Source: Mobula hypostoma (Eukaryota). Taken from it: a stretch of DNA of 64,000 nucleotides. How positions within the stretch are numbered: position 1 is the stretch's first letter; every line of letters starts with the position of its first letter. Shown in pieces: positions 50,931 to 64,000 of the stretch. The notes beneath the pieces are model-generated. The model did no database searches. It was not told the origin of the DNA and saw only the letters and a list, made by a program, of their open reading frames with translations. The translations under genes were made by a program, and so were the position numbers. The stretch spans positions 71,238,001 through 71,302,000 of the forward strand of contig NC_086097.1 of assembly GCF_963921235.1 (NCBI RefSeq), written 5' to 3'.

Positions 50931-52629
50931 GAGGGATAATGTCAGATAGGTTTTTCCAATTGCATCCAGACTTGATTCCTCATACTTGAATGAATGATAC
51001 GAATGAATCACAGTGAGACAAATATCATTATGATCAGTAACTAAAGACTCAGATGCTTATCCTTTGTCATTGTCAGGCTTTACTTGTCTATTAGAACTCT
51101 ATTCCCCCAGGTTAGTTACCGTCTTTTATTCAGGGGGATAGCAGGTAATTGACGTAGAAGGCCAGAAAGAACCACTGTCATGGAAGGTTTACCTTCTGAC
51201 TGCTCTTTCTACCATGAGTAGCTGCTACCTGGAATTGTTGGGTATAGGACTGAGGTGAAGCAACCAAGTGAGAACTAGTGGTTTAAAAGGAGATGCTAAC
51301 ATCTTGAGAGAGAAGGGCATTCTCAATTACAGTGACATTATCTTGACACTGGGAAGATAATGGTTTTAGTATCTGCTGTGGTGCAGATCACACAACTATC
51401 AACAAAGACCCGATCGCTGATAATCAAATCCCACAGTATCACTATCTATTCCCCGAGGGCTATGATGTTCTTAGCTCTCTGATCACAAACAGCTGCAATC
51501 ACCCCAGTGGAAATTAATCCATTTCAAGGTGCTCCCTCTATACCTGGAGAAAAGTAACTTTTTCCAGCTATTATCAATGTGGTTCTGAGAGGCATCTCTC
51601 CTATTTCTCTGGACACAGATCTGCTCCAGAATTGATAAAAACATTTCAATGCCTGTTGGTACACCTCTACTTGTTTGGAAATTGGGGTTTCTCTTTGAAG
51701 TCAGCGATGTCCAACTCTCGTAATTAGCATGGAGAAGGACTTCACTAACTTCACACCCAGACGTCAGGCTGTAGGATGCTCCAAATATTAGGTAATGCAC
51801 CTTCCCTACTTTTCCATTGCACTTCCCCATTGTACTCTTCACCCCGTCCTCTGGAACCCTGCAGCTATATGGATTTTAACTCCACAGAGATAACACAATG
51901 ACTCTCCTCCACCTATATTCTGATTGTAGTCCATTACAGCCAGGTGCCCCACATTCTGTAACCTGCCCACCCTGCAATACCTGTATTGAAGTTGGTGTTT
52001 AAATGTGACAGGTGGAATGAAGTGCTGTGCTCTTCCTCTGTAAATGTATCCTGCTCATGCCTCCTCCGTCTCATCCTTCTCTGCTGTTAGCCATTGCAAG
52101 GGGAGTCTGGGTGGTTGTATCATTCCAGAGAGCCTTGGATGTTAGACAAAGGTAAACAGGACAGATTACTGCACACTTGAACCCAATGGAGGAGAGGCCG
52201 CTATACATCAGATACACTTAGAGCTGCCATTTGAGTAACAGATGGAGTGATGATGAAGTACCATGATAAGGAGATTCAGAGCTTCTTCAGCTAGTCCTGT
52301 GGTATGGGCTAAGCTGTCCCAAGAACACATCAAAAGGCAAATGCTGAAGATTGAAATGTGTTGCTGATTTTGGATGTCCTTGTACTGAAAGTTAACATGT
52401 AGGTTTAACAAGCAACTTGAAAGATAAATAGCATTTTTGCAAGATGATTTGAGTATAAGAGATACCGTGCAGCAATTTTATGTTGCTGCAGCAGAATGTC
52501 GTTCTGAGGAAAGTAAATTCTTTTGACGTGTTTGCTTTATACCATTATAGTAATCTACCATTATTGATCAACTCCTGAAAAGAAATCCCATCCTGTACAG
52601 ATTAAAATCACATTTCCTTTCAAAGTAAT

Positions 52630-52985
52630 CAGAATCCGATCAGAATCAGGTTTAATATCACCGCTGTATGTCATGAAATTTGTTGTTTTATAGCAGCAGC
52701 ACAATGGAAAACTAAAAACTGCAAATTAACTAAGGACTGCAAAAGGAGGAAAAAAAGTAGTGAGGTAGAGTTCATAGGTTCAATGTCCATTCAGAAATCT
52801 GAGGACAGAGGGGAAGAAGCTATTAAGTGTGTGCCTTCAGGCTCTTGTACCTCCTCCCTAATGGTAACAATGAGAAGAGGGCATGTCCTGGGCAGTGGGG
52901 GTCCTTGATGATGGACGCTGCCTTTCTGAGGCATCTCTGCTCGAAGGTGTCCTGTATATGGGAAGGCTAGTGCCCATGATGGAGT
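52630..52985 (-). mobile_element. Rex1/Babar 3' fragment
   Basis: Reverse-strand AASIIKDPHCPGHALFSL...GRRYKSLK and aatcag-type tail; homologous to 10960-11260. Confidence 0.8.
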
Positions 52986-55634
52986 AAAGAAACTTGCATT
53001 TCTCATGAAGGAAGAGATTGAAATGTCAGGTAAGAGAACACATGCCACTTTTGTCAACAGACAATGAACTTTGTACTGATGAAGTACAGAAATGTTGAAT
53101 GATAGTTCGTCATTGTAAATTTTGAGTTCTTGAACCCCAAAGATGCACCTCTGTGATTTTTTTAATGAAACCTTAAGTCCTTATAGTTTCAACAAAAAAT
53201 ACTGCCATCCTCAAACAGATTGGAACTTCATCAAAATTCATGTAAAGATGTGGGATTGCATCATTTATCTATTAAAATATCCGAAACAGGGGTGGTTCAT
53301 TCAGCCATGAGTAAACTTAATGCTGCACAATAATTCTAATTCATGTAACATAAACATCCTGGCCTTGAGATTTTAATTTTACAAGCATAAAGCTTTATTT
53401 AGATTTTAAATATAGCTGAGATATTAAAACTAAATTAAATGTTTGCCTTTTTTATAAATCTTTTTAAACTTAAATTTTGTAATTTATTTCAATGCACTTG
53501 CATTAATAATATGCTGAATATTATAATTATAGTTCCTAATTTAGACTGCCTTGGTGAGAATATTTCAACATAATTGATTGAAGAGCCATTCTGCTGTGTG
53601 ACCTTGGCCACTGATCCTCGTACAGAGCATGTCATTGGGTGGGACGCCCAATGGCAAGAAGACTGCTCAAAATCCAGTGAAATGTCTGATGGGAGCTTCA
53701 AGCACAGTGGATGAAGAGCACAGTTGTTTTACTGCTGACTGTGTGATACAGGCTCTAATGCTTTTCTAACAAGCAGTGCTCAGATGTTTCTTTGGAAAAG
53801 AAAATATCCTATTCTATGTTTCTTGGTTTCATAAATTTAATTAGTCAACTGCTTAACTTGAATACTTATTGAAATGTTTATATTAGAAGGGAAAAAGTAA
53901 GGGAAACAGCATTGTTATATTTGTGCAGTTAGTTTATTGGTATAACAGTACATTACAAAAGAGCTACGCATCATCTTCAACCAGATTCACGTATATATAT
54001 CCCTGTACCTTCACATATATAAAACAGGTACAAATCATATTAAGCAAAGAAATATTGCATGTAGGAACTTATGAATTTTGTTTAAGACCTACTGTTATTT
54101 TCATTATTTAATATTGATCACTCTATAAAATATTTTATATATCTATATTTGATGTCAATACACTCTGACTAATTAACATTCAAGCAAGCCTAGGTTGATA
54201 TTCAAATATAAGGCTTAAATCAGTATTAGATTACACCCAACTACATAATTTTTCTCTTATGCTAAACATAAAAATGCAATGTAGCTAACAAAATTTATCT
54301 TTAATCTATAATGAGATTTTCTATGAATTGCATCGTAGTGACACCATCCAGTTAGAAGTACAAACCAATACTGAAGTGAGCTCCTTTATCGAACATGTAC
54401 AAATTTTATTGACCCCAGTGCTGGCAAATGCAGTTAACCTTATTGATTTCGATAAGCACATTAAAATAGCTTAGTGAAGAATGTTTCACCACAAGCCACT
54501 ATAGTATGACCACTGTGTCAGCTATTCCAGGCTTCAAAACTGAACTCCCAGGCTAGGACTGAATGTATTGATTCATTTAAAAAGCCCATCTTTGATAAAT
54601 ACTACATTATCACTGCAAATCTCTGCAGTCATGTTAGGTGAGCTGGGAGGACAAGTGTAATCAGAGCAAGTAGCATGAAAGCTGATCTCAATTCATTCAC
54701 CTCCTGAGAGAGTCACAGATGAAAAAAAAAACAGTGTGATACAGCAATCATGGTTGCTGTCTTAGCAGATATACAAGAGAATGTCCAAGCAAAAATCAAG
54801 TACATAAATTCATATCAAAAGCAAGATAAAAAGTCAGGAATATTACATTTTTGGTTTACAACATTAGTATTCACAGTAAATATTTTAATGACACCATTAG
54901 ATTACTGGTTAAGGAATGAAGCTCAGGGATGTTGGATAATTGATTATCAACAAGTCATTCTGAAGTTAGAATGATGTACTTTTGCCCATGTATTTATTGG
55001 ATTTTTGAATTAAAAGCCTACACAGATAGTGCAAAATCCCCAATAATTTGGCACACTTGGAAACGTGGTAGTGTCAGACCTGCGATATTACACACAACAT
55101 ATATGTTTAAATACCACAACTAAAAATATCCCTCAGTCAACATCATTAAAACAGAATATGATCTTGGTCACATTGATAATTGCAGAAGATTGCTGTGTGC
55201 AAATTGGCTGTGGCATTTCCATATAAGACGTTCTGCACTATGAAAATGCCTCATTGGCTATAAAGTACTTGGAAATATCATGAATGGTTCTATACCATTG
55301 CAAATCTTACTTACGAAATTTAATCTGGTGGCATTTTTGTTTAAAAATAATTTAAAATTTGATTGAGGAATTTGAAGGTTCGACTTTTAATTGGTTATTT
55401 TGTTGTTACAAAATGCACCATGTCAAGTGAATATATACTGCAAGTGTCGACTTACATCTGCACATAAAGCTTAGAGTAAAACATAGTGCTTGTAGAATCT
55501 GAGTTTCCTTACCATTTATTGCAATGAAAATGTATTCATTATGTTCTATTGTTAACATTCAAATGGGTAAGAATTTTGCCCTCATTGAATGATATTCTGT
55601 CACTGTGGGTTCATTTCCTTCATTTTGTTTTAGC

Positions 55635-56042
55635 TGGAAGAAGTTACCGGAGCCTCAGAAGCCACACCATCAGGTTCAGGAACAGTTATTACCCTTCAAC
55701 CATCAGGCTTCCGAAACAAAGGGGATAACTGCACTCAAATGCACTTGCCCCATCATTGAACTCGTCCCACAATCAATGGAGTCACTTTCAAGGACTCTTC
55801 ATCTCGTCTTCTCGATACTTATTGTTTATTTATTTATTATTGTTGTTTCTTCCTTTTGTATTTGCACTGTTTGGTGTCTTCTGTACTCTAGTTGAATGCC
55901 CTAGCTAGGGAATCTTCCATTGATTTTGTTATGATTATTATTCTATGGATATATTGAGTATGCCCACAAGAAAATAAATCTCAGGTTTATATATGGTGAC
56001 ATATATGTACTTTGATAATAAATATACTTTGAACTTTGAACT
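55635..56042 (+). mobile_element. Rex1/Babar 3' UTR
   Basis: caccatcaggttcaggaacagttattaccc... ending tttgaactttgaact. Confidence 0.85.
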
Positions 56043-59000
56043 TGGTATTTATGCATTCACACTTTGCTGTATCAAAATGATCTTTTTTATATAACCTTAC
56101 TTTATTTTAATTGGATTTCCTTTCTTTTAGTTACTGTTGCTAAGGGTAAGAGGCCAAAAACCTGTTCTAAGGTTTAGCTAAATTGCCTAATAAAGAGCCA
56201 AACCCAATCTTACCAAGGATATTTTTTCAGTATTTTTCCTGACAATGGTTTGCAAAAAATGTGCCTTGTAAAAATGAACACATTTCAGTGTTCCCCACCC
56301 CCCTCTCCCCCTTCCAAGGCATTTGATAAATCACAGACAAGTACATCAGCCATAAATATGGGAGTATAATTATAATTTTTGTGCAAAAAACTTTTTTTTA
56401 GTATTTTGATCTATTAGTATTTGATTAAATTGCCCAAAATATCACAACAGTTTGTAAATGTGTACAATGAACACACCAGTAAAATTAAACAGGAAATGTA
56501 CAAGAGGAATCGTAATTAGTAGCACGTTGATGGAATCAAACCATTTCTATATGTCCTTTTGCAAGCCTATTTCCACTGGAACTTTTCACTTCACTTGAAA
56601 ATAACAGACAAAAAGCATGTAGTAAACTGAATAATGCACAATAAATGGTTTGAAACACCTTCATATTGTGTCTGCACTACTTAGGAGTTGTGGGTCATGA
56701 TTTTTTCCCACTTATAAAGGAACACCTGGAACAAATTGTCACTTGTATGACACCTAATATGTAGCTATTATTGTTTTGTTTAATTCTGTAAAATCTTTGT
56801 GTCTCACTCCATAAATTGACATTTTGTCTCTTTTGAGTAGGATCTAGTCTAGTGGGACAAAATGTCCTTAAAATAAGCCATTAAAAGATGACACTCAAAT
56901 GGTTAGAAGCACTAAGCTAAAACATAGCAGAGAACAGCTGTCCAGAAATGATCAATTGCCAAACCACATGCCTGGCTATTAAATTTTAATGCACCTTTTA
57001 AGCAAAGATTTTGCTTATCAGGGAGAAAGATTCTCAGGGAAAATATTGATATTGATTCCATCATTTTAGATGTAACTGATCCTTTAAGTAATTTTTCTTG
57101 GTTTCAGTGTCAATTTTTAAGTGTCTGCGTGGACTGAGTAAGTCATTAAAGGGCATGTTCATTTAAAATTCTGAGCCTAATGCGTGAAGTATTTTTTAGT
57201 GGAACATCTGTTGCAAGCAAATTCATTCATTCCACTGAAGTAAAAGCAAAGCAATAACTACACCAGGAACTAAATTATGAAAATTAAACCTTTCTTGAAG
57301 TGCTTTTAGAAGGCATCTTAATTGATCACTTTGTGGTGGAGTTTAATTCAAATATTGATTACCTTTAACTTGTTAAGCCAATATTGGGCAGGGATCGAGA
57401 ATAATAGATTTCAAGCAACAAACTGACAACTTAATCTTGCCATACACCTACAGCTTATCTTGAAAGGCTATGTTGTTTACAATTGAATTCCAATATTTAT
57501 AAAAATATCCAATAAACCTTATCTCATTAAAAAGCAAACTTTAGGAATGGTCATTATAGTCTCGATATTGCTGGCATTTTTGCATTAGTTTCAGTAAATA
57601 TATATCCAAATAATGGAAATGGAAACTGCAATTTAAAAATGAATTAAATTGCTGCATAATATTCCAAAGAATATAGCGAATTTTAAAGGCTTTCTGCACC
57701 AAGGCTCTTTGTAGGCCACAATTATAACTACAATTATTGATATTATTATCATTATGATTATTTGATAATAATTGCACTTATAAGTTCTAAGAAGATGAAT
57801 ATATTGGTGATGCATCACCTGTTGGTTAGATGCTAAATCGATTTCAGTGCAACTTAAAGCGTTACGTTGGGCCAGTCACCATGTTGGTGTATGCAGTTTT
57901 AATGCTTGCCAAGAGTACAAAGAGAAAACAGATCATGACATCAGTCCTTATTCAACAACTGGTTTGATATGGTGTTTCCAAACTGGATTTCAATGGAATA
58001 CTAATCCATTTGTTACCCTCACATGGCTAGATATGGATCCTACAGAAGGAAAGGCCCTTTTCCACTACTTTTGAAAGACAATGTTACTTACAAATTATTT
58101 TCTAGCTGATTTTCATGGTGTATTGTTTTGGGTAAAATTGTGTTCTTAAAGAATAGTCATTGCTATGCCAGGAGTTAAAGAAATTTCCATTGCCCTCAAG
58201 GCTTTTGCATTACACCGGATGAGGGTACATTTGTATCCACTCCTCTGAGCTCACGGAGAGAATGTGGAGTGGGAAATATAAAGAAGGACAACCTGCATGG
58301 GAATGGAAAAGGAGAATTGCTGCTATTACACCTCTGCACGTGGGATCCTACTAGGGGTCCTTCACCAGAATGGCCTTTGTAGGAGCCAATGTCCAGAAGT
58401 GTCACAGCAACATCTCTCCTATGTTCAAATAATGCTTAAGACACTTGTGATTCACAAAGAGAGGTTCTCACCAAAATATTTCATATGCACCAACCAAAAC
58501 ATATTATGCAGTATCGTCAAGGAGTGCTTTTTCATTGTCCACTAGAGTAAAGGACATCATTTTCCCTCCAACAGGCTCTCTAGAGCTGCAGCAAATGCCA
58601 CTGTGCCACCCAATAACACTGCACAGCTACATCGTTTTCCAGGAGCAAGCCTTGCCTTTCCTCGCAAGAGGAGTTAACCAGAATCAGAGTTAACTAGAAC
58701 GTCCCCAGTTATCAACTGATCGGTATTTTTAACAATAGCAGGCATTGTCTAAAAAGTAAGAATCAGGCTTATAAGCAAAGACTTTGCAATGAGTTGGGAC
58801 TGGCTTCTGCAAGCAGCAGAACAGAGTTCTTTAGGAGTTCCCTTCAAAGTCAAAGCCAAAGTAAATTCACTGTCTGAGTGCGTATATGTCACCATATGCT
58901 ACCTTGAGATTTACCTTCTGGTGCTTGCACCAGGAAGTGAGTTTTTGGTGCTAAATGAACAATGCTAAATTTCCAGCATCTGCACATTTTCTCGTGTTTG

Positions 59001-61558
59001 AAATGCTAAATGTGAATTTGAAGAGTTTTGTTAAACAGAGGTACCTAGCAATTAGTGAGAAAGGTGGATAATGGAGTTAGTCTCACTGATTGACAGAATA
59101 GACTTGTGGGGGTAAGTAGTTTCCTCCTGTCCCTGCTGGCACAGTGTGCCAGTGACACTTCTAAATGTGGAACCCTGACTCGGAACGTACCGGAGCCCAA
59201 CACGAGTCAACGTCCAAAGTGTGCAGCTGATATGTGAGCAACGTACTAATTAAAGAATGGTGGTCACTCAGTGGTCATGCTGCCCTCTGTAGCAACGCAT
59301 CATCTCATTATTTGTGTTAGTCCTTGTACTTAATGTAAGCGTGCTACTGATGACATGAGCTGGTGAACTTGAATGCCCAAATCTGATGTCTATCTCACGC
59401 ACACGGGGGTAGAATGGTGAGACTGAAAATTATGCAGCACGGTTGCAGTAAGGTTACTGACTTGCAATGGGAAAGATTTCAACTGGCTTTCCTGGACAAT
59501 CTCAAGCAGTTCCACATCAAGCTGTTCCACCTTCAGATCATTTGAGTTGGTTGACTGACAGATGAGACCAAGGGTATTGCGGTAATGCTAGCCATGGGAT
59601 AATGAATATTGAAGTGCTATTGTAGCAGATTTACATATGAGATGACCAGCCCAAGTGTGCCCATTTCTTCCAAATTCTGGATAAAGTTAGTGCTGGGCTT
59701 TTCCTAGCTCCTTGTTATTGCACACAGACATTCTGGCAGGCCTGATAATAACTGTGATGGAGAAAGACTACCATACTGGGTCCTTCCACTACTAGATAGG
59801 GAGTGGTGGGGCAGTATGAAGAACCCTCTCAATTATTGTAGTAGTGTACACCCCCCCCCCGGAGGCCACTTGAGTTGCAACAGTCTATGGGTTTTAAGGG
59901 AAGTAATAAAACACTCTTTAACACATTTATGAATGATAAGTCATTGCATGGTTTAACCCCGTACATAATTTTTATTACAAATGAAGTTTATTTTGATACA
60001 GAAAATAACTGTACAGTGATCTTTATTTGTATTGAAATCTGGCAGCTAGCTCTCTCCACTTGCCCTTAATATAAGCCAGTCATGTCTTGTGCTCAACATA
60101 TGCAAACCCTGCCTTAGTTTTACAACTGCGCTGGTGGCTGGGCACTTCCAATTGAAGGGCATTGTGTCTTCAACCCCACTCTCCTTTGTCTTTTCACATC
60201 ATAGCACAAATCAGGATTTGTGTTGAAGGTGATACTGGTGATGTCTATCGGGATAACTGTGTTGGGGTGGAGGAAATGAAATTGATGCCTACAGGTATGA
60301 GCGAACTGTCGTCTTCAAACTTTAGCTCTGCTGGTGCTGCTTCAATAAAGGACAGTATTATCTCCTCCAAGGGATGAGGTGGGGGGAGGGGAGGGGGGAA
60401 GCAGGTGGTGAGGAGAATGCAGACACTTATTTCTCTTCCAGTTCACTGGAGCTGCTTTTAGATTACTTGGGCCCACAAGAGAGCGACAACTGTTCATTCA
60501 TGTTGTCCATGGTGTGCCAGCAATGAGGTTTATTGATTACCCTTTGAGGTAAATCTGAAATACAGATTTAAGCATTGCAATATTGTAAGCAAGCAATGTG
60601 AAGTGGCTGCAGTCAATGGTGGGAGCGGGTGGTGCTTGACTGAAAATGTTCATGAGGCCTCCAGAAGATGTGCAAACATTCAAAAAGAATAAAGCAAACA
60701 GGAAGCCTGTGCAACCCCACCTGTTCTCAATCTGCAAATTGCATGCAACATCACATAACCTCTTCACTTCTACATTTTCTGCTGTTCTGGTTTTAAAGTT
60801 TTGGTATTGTCTAATGCCGTGGGAGCATTATCATCATGAAAATAAAAATACACCTAACTTCAAGATTCCTTCTCAATAATAACTAGGACAAGGTTTTCAG
60901 TACTGAAAAACTGCTACCCTCAGCTCAAAATAAGTTGCCTCCTTTCCACCTCTTTTTCAGAAGGTACAGAGGTCACCTTCTCCCATATTGGGCACTTGCT
61001 CAATGTTGGAAGGACCCAGATGATGTGATTCTTGAAAAGGGTGGTTACGGAAGATTTTCCTTTGGAAATCCTCGTTGACTATTCATTATTTGTTTCAAAA
61101 TGCTTGTTTATTTTCTCCACTAATTGGCATTCAATTAATTTTCTTACTATTTACAATAAGGTAATTGATCTGCAGGCTCAGTTTAAATATAGATGTAGTT
61201 ACTATTTTTATATGGTAATAAGATCTGTTCTGATATTGATGTTCATATGTTGTTTTTTAATCTCATTTTACCACCTGAGTTGGTAAAAAATGAAGTAGTT
61301 ATTAAGTCAGTGATAACTTAACTCATGTCTAACACACATTCTTTTCAGCTCAGTCATGGTGTCCAAAGCTTTGAAATTCCTTTCTTGAAACCTTTTGAAC
61401 CACAATCTTAAAGGTTCCACTTAAAGTCAGCCAATTGTTCAAATTTTCAGACTCTACTTCCCTTGTTTCATCATGTAGTTTGTGATTTCACTTCTTGTTT
61501 AATTAGCAATATATGAAGCACTTTGGAACTTTTTTTTGTTACTCAAGTAGTTCATTTT

Positions 61559-61604
61559 ATACATTGTAAGATAAATCAAAAAGTTGATTTATCTTACAAT
61601 GTAT
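61559..61604. repeat. Perfect inverted repeat, 21-bp stem and 4-nt loop
   Basis: ATACATTGTAAGATAAATCAA-aaag-TTGATTTATCTTACAATGTAT. Confidence 0.95.
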
Positions 61605-61959
61605 TAGAATGGTCATCTTGAATTCAATTTTACACCTAAGATGACATTTAGCACATTCAAAGCAATTTTGTTTTACAAGGTGAGTTTATGAAAACAGATT
61701 ATACACACTGCGAAAAAAATGAATTTTCTGAGGCATGTTGTCTGTTTTACCAACATGTCATGAATCAGAATCATGTGCCTCTGATGATCATGAAATATGT
61801 GAAGGGCACACCCATTTCACACGTAATATGTATGTACTTAATGCTTGTCTCCAGAATAAAACTGTTGTAATTACCAATGAATGTCACTGTAAGACAATTT
61901 TAGATTAATAATAAATTTAGCATAAAATATATACTCAATACAAATGTAACATTTGTAGG

Positions 61960-62142
61960 GTGGAGGTTGAAGCCTTGCTGTGGCTTGCATGGGGGAGGGG
62001 GAGGGGGCTTTGGGGTTCCAACATTTTTCTGTCATTCATTCTTTTGGGGTTCTTCTATATTTCACTGCCTGTGAAGACTAAGAATTTCAGGTTGTATACT
62101 GTGTACATTCTCTGATAATAGACAGAACCATTTGAACCATTT
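61960..62142 (+). mobile_element. Retroelement 3' fragment (same family as 46335-47270)
   Basis: Aligns by eye with 47090-47270. Confidence 0.7.
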
Positions 62143-63749
62143 CAACATATCTAGTGAAAACATTTGATTTTATCTTTTAAAACTTTCAATTCAAAATGAT
62201 TGATTTACACTAAATTTAAATTTAAATTAAAGTTAAGTTTAAAGAAATTCAAGTTTCAGAATAAGCTGTTATGAATTAAAATATGTCAAAATGGAAATAA
62301 AGCACAATAAATTTATTAAGCCAGTTATGCCTTTATGACTAATTTAAAAAGGTTTAAAATTTGGAGATTGCTATTGTTTATTTCAAGGATCCTTAACAGT
62401 CTGTTACATTCACTTGAAGTTCAGATAAGGGTTTATATCAATGAACACTGGTTTTAGCGCATATTTGTCGATCACAATTAAATCACAACTTTTTAGACTG
62501 AATTACCAACCTACAACAGTTACTTGATATAAATGCATTACATATTGAGCACATTAAAGGAGGACATTAAATAATTTCCTAGTAAGGAAGACAAAATCAG
62601 GAAAGAGTACAGGCTCATATTTCAGTAGAGCAGTAAGTGTGAATACATTTATAATGCAACTTTCTTTGTCTTAAATTTCTTCCAATTGCACTTTGAATGG
62701 GTACTTGTTTTCCCATTACTAGCCACTTTAATCCATTTATGTTCTAGTTGTCTCAGTTAAAGATCACTTTATAGTATTGGATGTTCAGTGTCTGAGGTAT
62801 TTGTTCCAGCCCTGCATGATGAAATAACACAACAGTTTACATATTTCTGAATTTGATCTGAAAACTGATTTAAAAATCCATACAAGCAATCAAATTTCCC
62901 TGAAAATATATACACACAAGTCTGCTTTGAGGTGGCTAAAATGAAGTAAATTTAGTTTCAGGAGACAGGAAGAAATCCAAGATTGGGGAACAAGGATCCT
63001 GCAGTAAATGGACCCTGGCAGTGCCCAGGACCGAAAAACATCTGTCCCTTGAGATATTTAGAACATTTCAAGAAAAGAAAGGCAACAGAAAAGTAGACTG
63101 TGATTTTCTTCCTTGTAGACTACATTAAATATTCAACTAGAGGGAGGGATCAACTTACATTTCTCTTCTTGTTTCTTATGTTTCGTCTGACAGGAGCTGT
63201 AAACATACATAGACAAACATGGTTGTAGGCTTGCATTGCTTGCACTGAATGATAGCAGAAGTGTTTCATTTATTGCTTTATATTCATCTCAGGACTGGGC
63301 AGTATAATTCTACTTCAGTATTGCTTAGTTATAAAAATACTGAAAGAGGACAATACCTTTTTTTGCAGTTTTTTACATGATGGCATTACCACAGTAAACA
63401 ACAAGAAAGCAAAGTGCAATTTGTCTTTCATATTTTCATTTTTAATCATCAAAATGATAATATGATGATTATGTCATATTATTATATGACATTAGTCACT
63501 AAGCTCATTGAGCATGTATTTAAAATGCCGCAAATATGTTTGAAAGATGTAATGATGAATAAATTATGATTGTTTACACTTAGATCTCGCTGTTCACTTA
63601 TTCCCACATCAAGGCAAGTGCTCTATTAATGATAGTGTACTTCTTTGATGATCAATTTAATCTCACATTTTCTGCACTTTAAGCTGCCATTTGGTAGGCT
63701 CTCTGCAGTGCTGAAATAACAATTTCAGGTTTTTCCAATAAAGGTAATA

Positions 63750-64000
63750 AAACTCTATAGTCAGGGGGACAGAGAGGTGATTCTGCGGACATGAAAAAGA
63801 AACAAGAATGATTGTTTGCCTCCCAGATGGCAGGGTTCGTGATGTTTCTGAGCGTGTCCACAAGATCCTGAAATGGGAAGGCGAGCAGCCAGAGGTCGTG
63901 GTACGTATGCAGGAAAAGGGTGAATGTCCTGAAAGCAGAGTACAGGACATTAGGAAGGAAGTTGAGAAGCAGGACATCAAAGGTAGAAAACTCTGGATTG
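63750..64000 (+). mobile_element. CR1 ORF1 (SGNH esterase-like) remnant, runs off the window
   Basis: SIVRGTER*FCG...RMIVCLPDGRVRDVSERVHKILKWEGEQPEVVV. Confidence 0.8.

Noticed and set aside
1-64000. Host protein-coding gene among the six-frame ORFs
   Set aside because: Recognisable ORFs are all transposon fragments or their antisense shadows. The rest are short, with no recognisable domain or consistent exon chain.

Overview
AT-rich, CpG-poor vertebrate non-coding DNA (large intron or intergenic region). The repeat mix of V-SINE/HE1-type SINE, many CR1 and Rex1/Babar LINEs and short Penelope-derived elements suggests a cartilaginous fish, probably a ray; this is an inference. I could not support any host exon, tRNA or rRNA gene. 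Nearly all interpretable ORFs are transposon remnants. Highlights: (1) a dispersed family of Penelope 3'-end copies carrying a minimal type I hammerhead ribozyme motif, two truncated exactly at the ribozyme; (2) a SCAN-domain (Gmr1-like) Gypsy relic split by three insertions, each with a readable target-site duplication (TSD); (3) a ~495-bp fold-back mariner derivative with four TIR copies; (4) a Chapaev3-type transposase relic; (5) an IR/DR Tc1 deletion derivative with D34E spacing; (6) a solo LTR inside a Rex1 RT; (7) a TIR element with an apparent 6-bp TSD; (8) a perfect 21-bp-stem palindrome. These belong to known element classes. I found no clearly new biological system. Boundaries without a stated TSD are approximate.
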